DNA of 64,000 nt from Candidatus Magasanikiibacteriota bacterium (GCA_023246725.1 JAHFHV010000001.1:13618-77617), one strand, 5' to 3'; positions 9,728-20,047 are shown, numbered from the stretch's first letter. Notes: a model not told the origin generated them from the sequence alone. Numbers and translations: made by a program.

Positions 9728-11608
9728 ATGAGAAATTTTCTTAAAAATTTTATCTTCATTTTTCTCTGCCTATTTTTAATTGCCGGAGTTATTAGCATGG
9801 TTCGCGGCGGCGCTACCACTAAGCCCGAGGTGATTGGCGTTGGCAAACTGGTGGAAGAAATTAATGCCGGAGCCGTGAAGCAAATTGTGGTACAGGGGGA
9901 TATGCTCCAGGTAACGCTGAAAGACGACAAAGCCAAGCCCCAGCAAGTGAAAAAAGAAATGCAAGAATCGTTTGGCGACATTATGAAAAATTACGGGGTG
10001 AGTGATGACGCCCGTAAACAACTCCAGGTAGAAGTAAAAGACGAAAGCTCGTGGAAGTACTGGCTGATTAATTTGCTCCCGAGCATTTTGCCGCTCATTT
10101 TGTTCGTGGTCATCATCTACTTTATGAGCCGCGGGGTGCAGGGCATGAATAACAAGGCCATGGGGTTTGGGCAGAGCAACCCGCGCCAGGTAAAGCCGGA
10201 AGATAATAAAGATAAAAAAACCTTTACGGACGTAGCGGGCGCTAAAGAGGCTAAAGAAGAATTAGTGGAAGTGGTGGACTTCCTCAAGGACCAAAAAAAG
10301 TTTACCGACATGGGCGCGAAGATTCCCAAAGGAGTTTTGCTCACCGGTTCTCCCGGGACGGGCAAGACACTCCTCGCGAAAGCCGTGGCCGGGGAAGCCA
10401 ACGTGCCGTTTTTCCACATGAGCGGATCGGAATTTGTGGAAATGTTTGTGGGTGTTGGGGCCAGCCGCGTGCGTGATTTATTTAGCAAGGCTAAAAAAGC
10501 CGCCCCGGCCATTGTGTTTATAGATGAAATTGATGCCGTGGGTCGACGCCGCGGGGCGGGCATGGGCGGCGGGCACGATGAGCGCGAACAAACCTTAAAC
10601 CAAATTCTGGTGGAGATGGACGGGTTTGAAACTAACCTCGGCGTGATTGTGATGGCCGCCACGAATCGGCCGGATGTTTTGGATCCGGCTTTGCTCCGAC
10701 CAGGACGTTTTGATCGGCGAGTTGTCATCGATCTTCCGGACATTAAAGACCGCGAAGAAATTTTACATATTCACGCCCGTAATAAAAAATTGGCTACCGG
10801 AGTAAGTCTGCGCAATATTGCCGAGCGCACGCCCGGTTTTTCCGGCGCGGATTTAGCCAACCTCTTAAATGAAGCCGCCATTCTCACGGTGCGCCGCACT
10901 TTGCCGGAAATTGGCGAGCCAGAAGTTTTGGAAAGCATTGAAAAAGTACTCTTAGGGCCAGAGCGCAAGAGCCGCATTATTTCCGAGCATGAGAAAAAAG
11001 TTACGGCATATCACGAAGCCGGCCACGCCGTGGTGGGGTATGTGTTGCCGCACGGCGACCCGGTGCGCAAAGTCTCCATTATATCGCGCGGCCAGGCCGG
11101 CGGCTACACTCTTAAGATGCCGGATTATGACCGCCACTATCATACTTTGGCCCAGTTTAAAGATGAACTGGCCATGTCCCTGGGCGGTTACGTGGCCGAA
11201 AAATTATTTTTTGGCGACGCGTATGTGTCTACCGGCCCATCCAGCGATCTTAAAAACGCCACGCATATTGCCCACAACATGATTACGCGCTATGGCATGA
11301 GCGATACGCTTGGCCCGCGCACCTTTGGCGAACAGGAAGACCTGGTATTTATGGGCGGGCGCACCGGCGAAGAGCGCGACTTTAGCGACAAGACTGCCGA
11401 GGTGATTGACGCGGAAATTAAGCGGCTCATGGTAGAAGCGGAAGCGACAGCCAAGAAGACAATTGAGGCGAATCGTGCTACACTAGAAAAGATGGTGGCG
11501 GTACTCCTCCAAAAAGAAACCCTGGAGCAAAGCGAAATTGAGGCCATTATGGGCCGGCCGCAGAAAAAGGCCGTTAGCGGCGCCCCAGGCGTTGTAGTAC
11601 AAGAATAA
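9728..11608 (+). CDS. ftsH: ATP-dependent zinc metalloprotease FtsH
   Basis: Two [29 protein letters not shown]. Confidence 0.98.
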   Translation: MRNFLKNFIFIFLCLFLIAGVISMVRGGATTKPEVIGVGKLVEEINAGAVKQIVVQGDMLQVTLKDDKAKPQQVKKEMQESFGDIMKNYGVSDDARKQLQVEVKDESSWKYWLINLLPSILPLILFVVIIYFMSRGVQGMNNKAMGFGQSNPRQVKPEDNKDKKTFTDVAGAKEAKEELVEVVDFLKDQKKFTDMGAKIPKGVLLTGSPGTGKTLLAKAVAGEANVPFFHMSGSEFVEMFVGVGASRVRDLFSKAKKAAPAIVFIDEIDAVGRRRGAGMGGGHDEREQTLNQILVEMDGFETNLGVIVMAATNRPDVLDPALLRPGRFDRRVVIDLPDIKDREEILHIHARNKKLATGVSLRNIAERTPGFSGADLANLLNEAAILTVRRTLPEIGEPEVLESIEKVLLGPERKSRIISEHEKKVTAYHEAGHAVVGYVLPHGDPVRKVSIISRGQAGGYTLKMPDYDRHYHTLAQFKDELAMSLGGYVAEKLFFGDAYVSTGPSSDLKNATHIAHNMITRYGMSDTLGPRTFGEQEDLVFMGGRTGEERDFSDKTAEVIDAEIKRLMVEAEATAKKTIEANRATLEKMVAVLLQKETLEQSEIEAIMGRPQKKAVSGAPGVVVQE

Positions 11609-11625
11609 TTTTAACTTATAATCAT

Positions 11626-11886
11626 ATGTCAGGCAGAGAAACAGCGGCTATCAATATTCCAGAAATTAGACGCGAGCTTTTTCTGAGAGGACTTCGTGAG
11701 CTTAAAACCATGCCGGCGAAAGATGCGGCGCAGTGGCTGGCGCGGAACGGGTTTACCCGTCAAGACATGCTTGACCCTAAAATGAATTTCGCAGGCACTT
11801 TAAAGTCAGCTCTCGGGAGCAAAGAAGGGGCGGAAGTCATTAGTCAGCTAAGCAGTATTGAGTCGGAAAATAAAGCCGCCGCCTAG
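11626..11886 (+). CDS. Small hypothetical protein ending KAAA
   Basis: ORF in operon position before terminator. Confidence 0.65.
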   Translation: MSGRETAAINIPEIRRELFLRGLRELKTMPAKDAAQWLARNGFTRQDMLDPKMNFAGTLKSALGSKEGAEVISQLSSIESENKAAA

Positions 11887-11891
11887 AATTC

Positions 11892-11924
11892 AAAAATCCC
11901 TTGCCGAATTGGCGAGGGATTTTT
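11892..11924. terminator. Intrinsic terminator
   Basis: aaaaatcccttgcc-gaatt-ggcgagggattttt. Confidence 0.8.
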
Positions 11925-12074
11925 AATTCCACTTGAATCTATCTTTTAAGACAAACTCAAGTGGATGACGGAGCTATAAAAAAATAAGATAAATTATGAG
12001 TCCCGCATCCACCCTGCTTACGCAGTCTGTGTGGGCAGTCCCCGCGAGGCTCCGTCAGACTCGTGGGAGGCTGG

Positions 12075-13067
12075 TTAGCGCGCTGGTTCGACGATGCGGA
12101 ATCCAATCCGTTCGTTAGCAGCCCGTCCGGCTTTGGTCGTGTTTGGCAACATTGGCTTAGTACTGCCAAAACCAGCCATCATCAGTCGCCCGGACGGTAC
12201 TCCCATTATTTCCACCAGATATTGCCCAACTGTTTGGGCGCGCTTTAGTGAGAGACCGAGGTTTTTGCCGGCATTACCCCGATTGTTAGTGTGCCCTTCA
12301 ATGCACACAAGGCTTATGTCTTGCCTGGCGATAAGCGCATTGGCGACCGCGCCGAGCACCGGAAAGCTCCGGGGCAGGATGGTTTCTTTGCCTCGCGCGA
12401 ACCTGATCGGCGAGAGCGTCATGATCATTCCGGCCCTGATTTCTACCAGTCCCGGACAGCCATTCTTGCTAGGGTCCGGGTCGGGCGCGCCACGCTGGTC
12501 GGGGCAAGCGTCTAAGTGGTCGAGCACCGTGTCTTCATCGCGGTCGCGAATCGGACACCCCCGGTATTCGGGGCGCTTATCGGGGTGGGGTCCGGCTGGA
12601 ACAGTTTTACATTCGTCAGCTTCGTTCCCGATGCCGTCGCCGTCGCTGTCCGGGTTGGGCGGCGGCTTCGGCACCGCCTCACGCAGGGGCGGAGCCGGAA
12701 TCGCGGCCGTCTTTTGCGTGTCGGCGATTAACCGTTCCATGTCCGCGATCTTGGTTTCCACTTCGTCGCGGTTCGGTGCCTTGGGCGCTCTCCGGATGTA
12801 CGTCCGGTAGAAGCGCAGGGCTTCCAGGTGCTTCCCGGCGAGTCGGAACGACTGCGCGATGTTGTAGAGGAGCACCGGATCGTCCTTGATCTCGTAGGCC
12901 TGCTGGAAGGCCACGATTGCCTCGTTGTACTTGCCTTGGTCGAATAGGCTGGTGCCGCGCTTGTAGTGCTCGCGGGCGGCCGAGGCCTCGTACTGGATGG
13001 GCTGGCCGAAGGCGAGCGAAGAGAAGACGACGAGGGCGGTGGCGAGAGCGATGGCGATGTGGCGCAT
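12075..13067 (-). CDS. Secreted TPR + TSP3-like Asp repeats + OmpA-like C-terminal domain protein, GC-rich
   Basis: Signal peptide, TPR (AREHYKRG..LLYNIAQS), DSDGDG/DRDEDT..CP repeats, IEGHTNNRG..NLGLSLKRA..GFGSTKP; SD aaggagga. Confidence 0.88.
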   Translation of the reverse strand: MRHIAIALATALVVFSSLAFGQPIQYEASAAREHYKRGTSLFDQGKYNEAIVAFQQAYEIKDDPVLLYNIAQSFRLAGKHLEALRFYRTYIRRAPKAPNRDEVETKIADMERLIADTQKTAAIPAPPLREAVPKPPPNPDSDGDGIGNEADECKTVPAGPHPDKRPEYRGCPIRDRDEDTVLDHLDACPDQRGAPDPDPSKNGCPGLVEIRAGMIMTLSPIRFARGKETILPRSFPVLGAVANALIARQDISLVCIEGHTNNRGNAGKNLGLSLKRAQTVGQYLVEIMGVPSGRLMMAGFGSTKPMLPNTTKAGRAANERIGFRIVEPAR

Positions 13068-13127
13068 GAAATCCTCCTTGGTCCAAGTTGGACACTTTAC
13101 CCTACAATATTTTGGCCAGTTTGTCAA
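13068..13127 (-). promoter_or_regulatory. Promoter, hairpin and SD for the TPR-OmpA gene
   Basis: ttgaca (13127-13122)-17-tagggt; gtcca-act-tggac; aaggagga. Confidence 0.6.
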
Positions 13128-13176
13128 GGTTGTGCTATACTGTAAGCAGGGTTAACTCATAGCCAATCTCATCAAC

Positions 13177-13269
13177 TGTCATTCTGACCCCGCACTTGCG
13201 GGGGAAGAATCTCTGTCCAATTGGTCAAATAACGACCGACAGAGATCCTTCACTGCGTTCAGGATGACA
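13177..13269. repeat. TGTCAT...ATGACA REP-like element
   Basis: tgtcattctga...gaagaatctctgtc / gacagagatccttc...tcaggatgaca. Confidence 0.9.
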
Positions 13270-13297
13270 GGCCAAAAATAAACCTAATTTTTTAATT

Positions 13298-14254
13298 ATG
13301 CATGAACCAACCTATCGCGCGGCTGTGGGCCACGCCTGGAAATTAACTTGGCACCATAAAAGCTTATGGGTGCTTGGGCTCTTATCGATTTTTTTAGGGC
13401 AGTTTGGACTAGCTAATTTTATTGGGCAATTGGCGAGCAAGATATTTTTTGCGGACAGCTCGTGGTGGCCGGCTTCCTGGGGGGCGGTGCATATTGCCAG
13501 TCCGGATCAATTTGTATGGTTTAGCTGGCTGGCCTTTATAACGGCAGCCCTTACCATGTTTGTGGTGGCGGCGGCCGCCTGCGCCGAAGGGGCGCTGATT
13601 GCTACGGCGGTGCATTATTTTAACGTGCGCACGGTGTTAAGCATTCACAATGCGTGGCGGCAGGGAGTGAAACATTTTTGGCGAATACTAGCGGTGAATG
13701 TGCTAGAAAAATTATCGCTGGCCGTTATTTTAGCAGTGCTGTTAGAACTGATAACTTTTTTTTCCGGAGCGAGCGTGTGGTGGTTTGGTTTTGGAGTGCT
13801 TTTGATTGCCGTTTGTTTGTTCGCGGCGCTGGCAATTTCTACCGTGGCCATTTTTACCTTAGGTTATGTTATGGTTGACAACCAGGGGTTAATTGATGCC
13901 CTGGCCGAAGCGTGGCGTCTGTTTTGCCGCCATATTTTTGTTTCTTTAGAATTGAGCCTGATGCTGTTAGTTTGCAATGCCCTGGTGTTCGCGGCGCTTT
14001 GGCTCGGGTCATTCCTCGTGCTCATTCCCTCATTTTTTATTTCCCTGGCGGCGGGCTTTACCGGGTATTTGACGCTTTTATCTATTTCGGTGGTAGCATA
14101 TGTGTTTTTGTTTGTGCTCGTGGTCGCTTGGCTCGGCGCGATTTTTAACGCCTTTACTACCAGCGCCTGGATGTATTTGTTTATGCATATGTACCATGAG
14201 GGGTTGGGGAGCCGATTGAAACATTGGGCGGGGAAAGTATTAAAGCGAACGTAA
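13298..14254 (+). CDS. Multi-pass membrane protein
   Basis: About six TM helices; AWKLTWHHKSLWVLG start. Confidence 0.8.
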   Translation: MHEPTYRAAVGHAWKLTWHHKSLWVLGLLSIFLGQFGLANFIGQLASKIFFADSSWWPASWGAVHIASPDQFVWFSWLAFITAALTMFVVAAAACAEGALIATAVHYFNVRTVLSIHNAWRQGVKHFWRILAVNVLEKLSLAVILAVLLELITFFSGASVWWFGFGVLLIAVCLFAALAISTVAIFTLGYVMVDNQGLIDALAEAWRLFCRHIFVSLELSLMLLVCNALVFAALWLGSFLVLIPSFFISLAAGFTGYLTLLSISVVAYVFLFVLVVAWLGAIFNAFTTSAWMYLFMHMYHEGLGSRLKHWAGKVLKRT

Positions 14255-14309
14255 TTCTCTCGATTGACCTTTAAATTTCGATATTTGAATTTAGGATTTT
14301 TTACTAGTT

Positions 14310-16061
14310 ATGTCCAATTTTCAGTCAATTAATGATCTGATTCCCTCTGGCGGCAAGCCGCTCGACAATGCTCGAGGCGGGGCGGTTGCTGTTAAAAAAG
14401 GCCAGGCCACGCCAACGCAAAGCGTCAGCCAGGCCTTTAGCCATAAGATGGAAGAAATTACCTTAAAAGAAAAAGAAGCCCTGGTGGCGGCGCAAGCGCA
14501 AAAATTTGGCATTCCGCACATTGATTTAAGCGCGTTTCCGGTTTCCGCCGAAGCGCTGCGCGCTGTGCCCGAGGAATTGGCGCGAGCAAAGAGCCTGGTG
14601 TGTTTTTATTTTACGCCGGAAGAAATGCGCCTTGGCGTGGTTGCCCCAAGCGCAGAGCTGGATGAAGATTTGTATCAGCTGGGTGAAAAGTTTCACGCCA
14701 AGATTGCGCCCTATATTATTTCTCCCCACAGTTTGGAGCGGGTTTTAAAATTGTACGCTAATTTGCCCATTGTGAAGCCGGTAACCAAAGACATTGTCAT
14801 TACTGATGAAAATCTGGAACAATTTTCGGCCGGAGTAAGCTCAATTCAGAGTTTGCAGGAATCATTTAAAAATGTCTCTATTACCGATATTTTAACCTTG
14901 CTTATAGCCTCAGCGCTTAAAGTCAATGCCACCGATATCCACGTGGAAGCCGAGTCGGACGATATCGCCGTTCGCTACCGCATTGATGGCATCCTCCAGG
15001 ACGTAGCGCGTTTAGCCAAAGGAGAATGGAAAAAATTTGTGTCACGCATCAAACTCCTCGCGGCTTTAAAAATTAACGTGATTGACCGCCCGCAGGACGG
15101 CCGCGTCAGTCTGCAGCTCTCGGCCGGGAGCCTGGACGTGCGCGTGTCCACCCTCCCCACCATCCATGGCGAGAGCGTGGTAATGCGTATTTTGCATAGT
15201 GGCAGTAAAGGCGTAAATTTTGACGAGCTGGGTCTACGCGGCAGCGTGGCCGAAGAATTAAGGCGGGAAATTTTACGCCCCAATGGCATGATTATTACGA
15301 CCGGTCCAACGGGTAGCGGTAAAACCACCACGATGTATGCTATCCTTAAGGAGTTGAATAAGCCAGGCGTTAAAATCATTACCCTGGAAGACCCGATTGA
15401 AATTAAAATGGACGGCATTAACCAAAGCCAGGTGGATGTGAGTCATGATTATAGTTTTGCCAAGGGCCTGCGCAGTATTTTGCGGCAAGACCCGGACATT
15501 TGTATGGTTGGTGAAATCAGAGACCTTGAAACCGCGGAAATTGCCATTCAGTCGGCCCTTACCGGGCACCTCATGCTTTCAACTATCCACACTAACAGCG
15601 CGGCTGGAGCGATTCCACGGTTTTTATCCATGGGGGTTAAGCCTTTTTTGTTAGCCCCGGCTTTAAACGCGGTTATTGGCCAGCGCTTGGTGCGGCGCGT
15701 CTGTGAAGAATGCAAAACCGAAGACACCTTGAGCGCGGAGGAGTTAGCCAAAGCCAAGGAAATTCTGGGAGCGTTGCCGGAAAAAGAAAAATTTTCGGCC
15801 GACATCAACAACCTGCATTTTTATAAGGGCAAGGGCTGCGATGCCTGCAGCGGCCTGGGCTACAAGGGCCGCATTAGCATTTACGAAATTTTTCACATGA
15901 CCAAAGAGATTGAAGAAGTGATTTTGAGCGCCAAGGTTTCGGAGTATACCATTCAAGAATTGGCCATAAAACAAGGAATGATCACGATGGCGCAGGACGG
16001 ACTCCTCAAAGCGCTAGATAAGATAACGACGGTAAAAGAAGTGTTTAGAGTGGCGGAGTAA
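14310..16061 (+). CDS. pilB: GspE/PilB family type IV pilus assembly ATPase
   Basis: DIHVE, PQDG, GPTGSGKTTT, LRQDPD, TGHLMLSTIHTN, CxxC pairs. Confidence 0.9.
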   Translation: MSNFQSINDLIPSGGKPLDNARGGAVAVKKGQATPTQSVSQAFSHKMEEITLKEKEALVAAQAQKFGIPHIDLSAFPVSAEALRAVPEELARAKSLVCFYFTPEEMRLGVVAPSAELDEDLYQLGEKFHAKIAPYIISPHSLERVLKLYANLPIVKPVTKDIVITDENLEQFSAGVSSIQSLQESFKNVSITDILTLLIASALKVNATDIHVEAESDDIAVRYRIDGILQDVARLAKGEWKKFVSRIKLLAALKINVIDRPQDGRVSLQLSAGSLDVRVSTLPTIHGESVVMRILHSGSKGVNFDELGLRGSVAEELRREILRPNGMIITTGPTGSGKTTTMYAILKELNKPGVKIITLEDPIEIKMDGINQSQVDVSHDYSFAKGLRSILRQDPDICMVGEIRDLETAEIAIQSALTGHLMLSTIHTNSAAGAIPRFLSMGVKPFLLAPALNAVIGQRLVRRVCEECKTEDTLSAEELAKAKEILGALPEKEKFSADINNLHFYKGKGCDACSGLGYKGRISIYEIFHMTKEIEEVILSAKVSEYTIQELAIKQGMITMAQDGLLKALDKITTVKEVFRVAE

Positions 16062-16069
16062 CACTCTAC

Positions 16070-16190
16070 CGTTTGTCATCCTGAGCGTAGCGAAGGATCT
16101 CTGTCTTGTTCAATTGTTAAATTGCTGTATTGTTGGTGATTGGTAGAGAGATCCTTCAGTCGCTGCGACGCTTCTTCAGGATGACAAACG
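16070..16190. repeat. TGTCAT...ATGACA REP-like element with octamer array in loop
   Basis: cgtttgtcatcctga...tcaggatgacaaacg. Confidence 0.9.
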
Positions 16191-16259
16191 AACACTGGGA
16201 ATTCTGAGATTTTTGTGTTATACTAATAACAAGTCACCCAACAACCAATAACTCCACAT

Positions 16260-17411
16260 ATGATCACCTATCGCCTGGCCACCCAGCCGCCCTTGGAGCC
16301 ATCGGTCAAGTTTTATAAAATTATCGCAGTATCTTTTTTGGCCATCACGATTGTTCTTTTGGCCTTGGTCATTTTTATGACTTCTAAAAAAGCTACCATT
16401 ACTATTGTGGCTAAAAATGATACCAAGAACGTGTCTTTGGCAGTTGGGGTGGGCGCTAAAGTTACCGAGGCCACGAGTATTGGCGGCACGGTAGCTTCTC
16501 AAATTTTTCCCTGGGCCGAGGATTTTCACCCCACGGGCAACAAAATGGTTGACGCCGTGGCTACGGGGGCGGTCGTGATTTACAATAAAACCAATAGCCC
16601 CCAGCCTTTGGTTAAAACCACGCGGGTGCTTACGCCGGCCGGAATCTTATTCCGATTATCCGAAGGCGTAACGGTTCCAGCCAGCGGGCAAGTGACGGCG
16701 CGCGTGTACGCGGATCAAAAAGGCGCGGCTTATAATATCAGTCCGAGCAGGTTTACCATTCCCGGCCTGGACGCGAGCAAACAAAAAGTTATTTATGCCG
16801 AAAGTAGCGCGCCCATGAGCGGCGGCGTGGCCACACTCGGCATTTTAAGCGCCGAGGATATTAAGAGCGCGGAATTGGCTTATAAACAAAAGGCGCAAGA
16901 GGCATTTCTTAAAAATTTAACGCCCACTAATGATGCCGGGCAGGCGCAAATTGTTACCGTAGTTGATACTCACGCCAAAGCTAACCACAAAGCGGGGGAT
17001 GAAGTAACGGTTTTTACCGTGAGTGGTACGAGTACCGTTGTGGTGGTGCGCTACGCTAAAGCCGATTTGACGACGCTGGTTAATAAACAAATTACCGACA
17101 AAGTTAACGCGTCGGCCGAGCGGTTTGTAGCTACCGGCAGCAACGCTCCAGAGGTAAGCGTCGCTAGCTTTGACGCCAAGGCCGGCACGGCCTCACTTAA
17201 TGTTCACCAAAATGTTTCTGTAACTTTGGACGCGAACGTGGACGCGCTGTCGCCGGATCATTTTGCTGGTAAAAAGAAAGCCGATATTGAACGTTATATT
17301 TTAGGGCTGGACCACGTGGCTCAGGTGGACGTGAAATTCTTTCCGTCTTGGATGTTTAGCGCGCCCAGCGTGCCGGACAGGATAAAGGTGATAGTGAAAA
17401 ACGTACAGTAA
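16260..17411 (+). CDS. Membrane-anchored protein, baseplate J/gp47-like
   Basis: N-terminal TM; ATGAVVIYN..QPLVKTTR..VYADQKG..YNI..FTIPGL..MSGG. Confidence 0.7.
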   Translation: MITYRLATQPPLEPSVKFYKIIAVSFLAITIVLLALVIFMTSKKATITIVAKNDTKNVSLAVGVGAKVTEATSIGGTVASQIFPWAEDFHPTGNKMVDAVATGAVVIYNKTNSPQPLVKTTRVLTPAGILFRLSEGVTVPASGQVTARVYADQKGAAYNISPSRFTIPGLDASKQKVIYAESSAPMSGGVATLGILSAEDIKSAELAYKQKAQEAFLKNLTPTNDAGQAQIVTVVDTHAKANHKAGDEVTVFTVSGTSTVVVVRYAKADLTTLVNKQITDKVNASAERFVATGSNAPEVSVASFDAKAGTASLNVHQNVSVTLDANVDALSPDHFAGKKKADIERYILGLDHVAQVDVKFFPSWMFSAPSVPDRIKVIVKNVQ

Positions 17412-17475
17412 GAGTTTGTAAAGTTATCAAGTTATAAAGTTTGTAAAGTTACGACGAACAAGTTACGACGAACGC

Positions 17476-17504
17476 TTGACAGCCAACGTATTATTTTGTA
17501 TAGT
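17476..17504 (+). promoter_or_regulatory. sigma70 promoter of thrS
   Basis: ttgaca-17-tatagt. Confidence 0.8.
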
Positions 17505-17510
17505 AGAAAC

Positions 17511-17690
17511 GTTACGGTTGACGCGAGACTACCAACCTCGCTGTGGAAAAATCTATTATAAATTGAGTTAAACTTCGGGTGGAACCGTCCTTCGTCCCGC
17601 ATTGCGGGACTACGGACGGCAGGCCGTCTTGGCTTGCTGTCAAATTAGGACCCCGATATGCCTTTGTTTGGTGTGTCGGGGTATTTTTTT
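17511..17690 (+). promoter_or_regulatory. T-box riboswitch (Thr), transcriptional
   Basis: tcggg-TGGAACC-gtcc pairs with ggac-cccga (antiterminator); terminator accccgatatgcc/ggtgtgtcggggt plus U7; ACT/ACC in short 5' stem; upstream of thrS. Confidence 0.8.
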
Positions 17691-17748
17691 ACACGGATTA
17701 CGCGGACTGCCATTTACCAATCTACTAATAAACTAATCAACATTTACT

Positions 17749-19491
17749 ATGGACAAAGAACACTTAAACAATTTACGCCACTCCTGCGCCCATCTCCTCG
17801 CCGCCGCCGTGCGGAGTATTTGGCCGTCTGCCCAAAATGCCATTGGCCCCTCAATTGACGATGGGTTTTACCAGGATTTTGACATGGGAGAGGTAAAGAT
17901 TTCTGAGGCGGATTTTGAGACCATAGAAGATAAAATGCGGGGGATTTTAAAGACCTGGGATGATTTTAGCATCCACGAGGTGCCGGTGGAGCAAGCGAAA
18001 AAGGATTTCGCGTGGAATGCGTATAAGTCTGAATTGATTGATGAATTTGCCACAGCCGGCAAAATGATTACCGAAACCAGGCAGGGTGATTTTTTGGATT
18101 TATGCAAAGGCGGCCATTTGGAAAAACCAAAAGATGAGATTAAGCACTTTAAACTTCTTTCCGTGGCCGGGGCCTACTGGCGGGGAAATGAGAAAAATAA
18201 AATGTTGACCAGAATTTATGGCACCTGTTTTTTTTCCAAGCAGGAATTGTATGATTATTTGCAGATGATGGAAGAGGCCAAAAAGCGCGACCACCGCAAA
18301 TTGGGCAAAGAACTGGGATTATTTGTTACGTCTGATTTAGTTGGCCCGGGGATGCCTTTATATACTCCCAAAGGCACGATTGTTCGGGCTGAAATTATAA
18401 ATTATTCGCGCGAGCTGAATACCAAGATTGGGTTTGAGGAGGTTCACACCCCCAATATTAATAAAGCGGAATTGTTTAAAATGTCCGGCCACTACGACAA
18501 ATACAAAGATGACATGCTGATGGTGAAATCACATTATTCGGATGAGGAATATTACCTTAAGCCCATGAACTGCCCCCAGCACACGCAGATTTACGCCTCG
18601 CAGATGAGAAGCTACCGGGATTTGCCGATTCGTTTTTCCGATTTTGCCAACTTGTACCGCGATGAGCGTCCCGGGGAATTATCCGGCCTGACGCGCCTGC
18701 GCTGTTTTTGCCAGGATGACGGCCATGCTTTTTGCCGCGAGGATCAATTGGAACAGGAATTTGGCAATGTGCTTAGGGTGATTAAAGAGGCTCTTGCCAC
18801 TTACGGACTTATCTATTGGATTAGACTGTCGCTTCGCGATCCGGCTCAGATGGATAAATTTTTGGGCGATGATGCCACCTGGGAAAAGGCCGAAGCAACA
18901 CTTCGCAAGCTCATGTCACAGAATAATATTACCTGTAAAGAAGCGATTGGTGATGCCGCTTTTTATGGCCCTAAAATGGATATTGTGGCCACGGATTCCT
19001 TGGGGCGCGAATGGCAAATTTCTACCATCCAATTGGATATGCAGATGCCCGGCCGATTTGGTTTAACCTATACTGATGCGGATGGCACGGAAAAGACGCC
19101 TGTGATGATCCACCGCGCGCTGGTTGGCTCGCCCGAGCGATTTATGGCTATTTTGATTGAACATTACGCCGGAGCCTTCCCCGTATGGCTCTCGCCGGTA
19201 CAAGTTATGCTGGCGGCCGTGTCCGAAAAGCACGCGGACGGAGCGCGTAAACTGGCCGAAGAATTTAAACTAGCTGGCATTAGAGTTGAAGTAGACGATG
19301 CCAATGAGTCCATTGGTAAAAAAGTGCGTAATGCCGCCAAGCAAAAAATCCCCTATATTGTGGTAGTGGGGGATAGGGAACTAGAAGGTGGGGAGTGGAC
19401 AGTGCGCGTCCGCGGGCAGGAAGAACAAATTAAGATGAGTAAAAATGAATTTGTGGAAAAGGTTAAAAAGGAAATTACCGAACGAAGTTAA
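17749..19491 (+). CDS. thrS: Threonine--tRNA ligase, no TGS domain
   Basis: RHSCAH, DLCKGGH, RDHRKLG, KPMNCP, AAFYGPK, HRA. Confidence 0.98.
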   Translation: MDKEHLNNLRHSCAHLLAAAVRSIWPSAQNAIGPSIDDGFYQDFDMGEVKISEADFETIEDKMRGILKTWDDFSIHEVPVEQAKKDFAWNAYKSELIDEFATAGKMITETRQGDFLDLCKGGHLEKPKDEIKHFKLLSVAGAYWRGNEKNKMLTRIYGTCFFSKQELYDYLQMMEEAKKRDHRKLGKELGLFVTSDLVGPGMPLYTPKGTIVRAEIINYSRELNTKIGFEEVHTPNINKAELFKMSGHYDKYKDDMLMVKSHYSDEEYYLKPMNCPQHTQIYASQMRSYRDLPIRFSDFANLYRDERPGELSGLTRLRCFCQDDGHAFCREDQLEQEFGNVLRVIKEALATYGLIYWIRLSLRDPAQMDKFLGDDATWEKAEATLRKLMSQNNITCKEAIGDAAFYGPKMDIVATDSLGREWQISTIQLDMQMPGRFGLTYTDADGTEKTPVMIHRALVGSPERFMAILIEHYAGAFPVWLSPVQVMLAAVSEKHADGARKLAEEFKLAGIRVEVDDANESIGKKVRNAAKQKIPYIVVVGDRELEGGEWTVRVRGQEEQIKMSKNEFVEKVKKEITERS

Positions 19492-19495
19492 CATA

Positions 19496-19526
19496 AAACC
19501 CCCCTGCCAATTTGGCAAGGGGGTTT
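19496..19526. terminator. Terminator between thrS and convergent ORF
   Basis: aaaccccctgccaa-t-ttggcaagggggttt. Confidence 0.75.
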
Positions 19527-19535
19527 CTCAAGAAG

Positions 19536-19754
19536 CTAACTTATCCAATCCTTTAATCTATCCTTCCATTCCCGTCTGGGTATCTTAATTGTTTCGTCGT
19601 CAACCCTTTCGCGGTCAGCAGCTTGTTCTCCCGCCACTACAGCAGCTCTGATTTTATCAGTAGACTTTTTAGATTCAACCCCCCTTTTAATGGCTTCTAA
19701 ATTAGTAGATTCAGGAGGCATAAAAACCTCTTGGTGGTGAGAGTGACCTTCCAT
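19536..19754 (-). CDS. Small hypothetical protein; alternative start 19721
   Basis: ORF downstream of consensus promoter. Confidence 0.55.
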   Translation of the reverse strand: MEGHSHHQEVFMPPESTNLEAIKRGVESKKSTDKIRAAVVAGEQAADRERVDDETIKIPRREWKDRLKDWIS

Positions 19755-19780
19755 ACTATTTTAAATTAAGAGTAACCATG

Positions 19781-20014
19781 TTAAGCGGCTGTCTGTTTGC
19801 GCCGTAGTTGCACCGGCTTTTCTGATTCGGAGCGAAGGTCTTTAATTTCGCTTTCCTTTAGCGGCTCACTGCCTTGATCATTTTCAATGCCTTCTTCTTC
19901 CAAAAGACCCTCGATTTTTAGCTCTCGCCCGACATCTCTGTTTTGATCCACCGACCTGCCTCTTTTAAATGATTAAGGCACCAATGACTCAAAATTAATG
20001 GGTTGACTTTCCAT
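19781..20014 (-). pseudogene. 77-codon ORF with a single in-frame TAA
   Basis: MESQPINFESLVP*SFKRG...QLRRKQTAA*; internal stop 19975-19973. Confidence 0.55.
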
Positions 20015-20047
20015 ATATTTTGCTAAAGTTAGCTAAATTATGTATAT

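Noticed and set aside
16260-17411. Prophage
   Set aside because: No other phage genes; flanked by core genes.
17446-17473. 14-nt tandem duplication aagttacgacgaac before the thrS promoter
   Set aside because: Two copies only, at the end of a repeat array; no evidence of function.
19781-20014. Stop-codon reassignment (code 25)
   Set aside because: Internal stop is TAA; TGA terminates uvrA and other genes normally.
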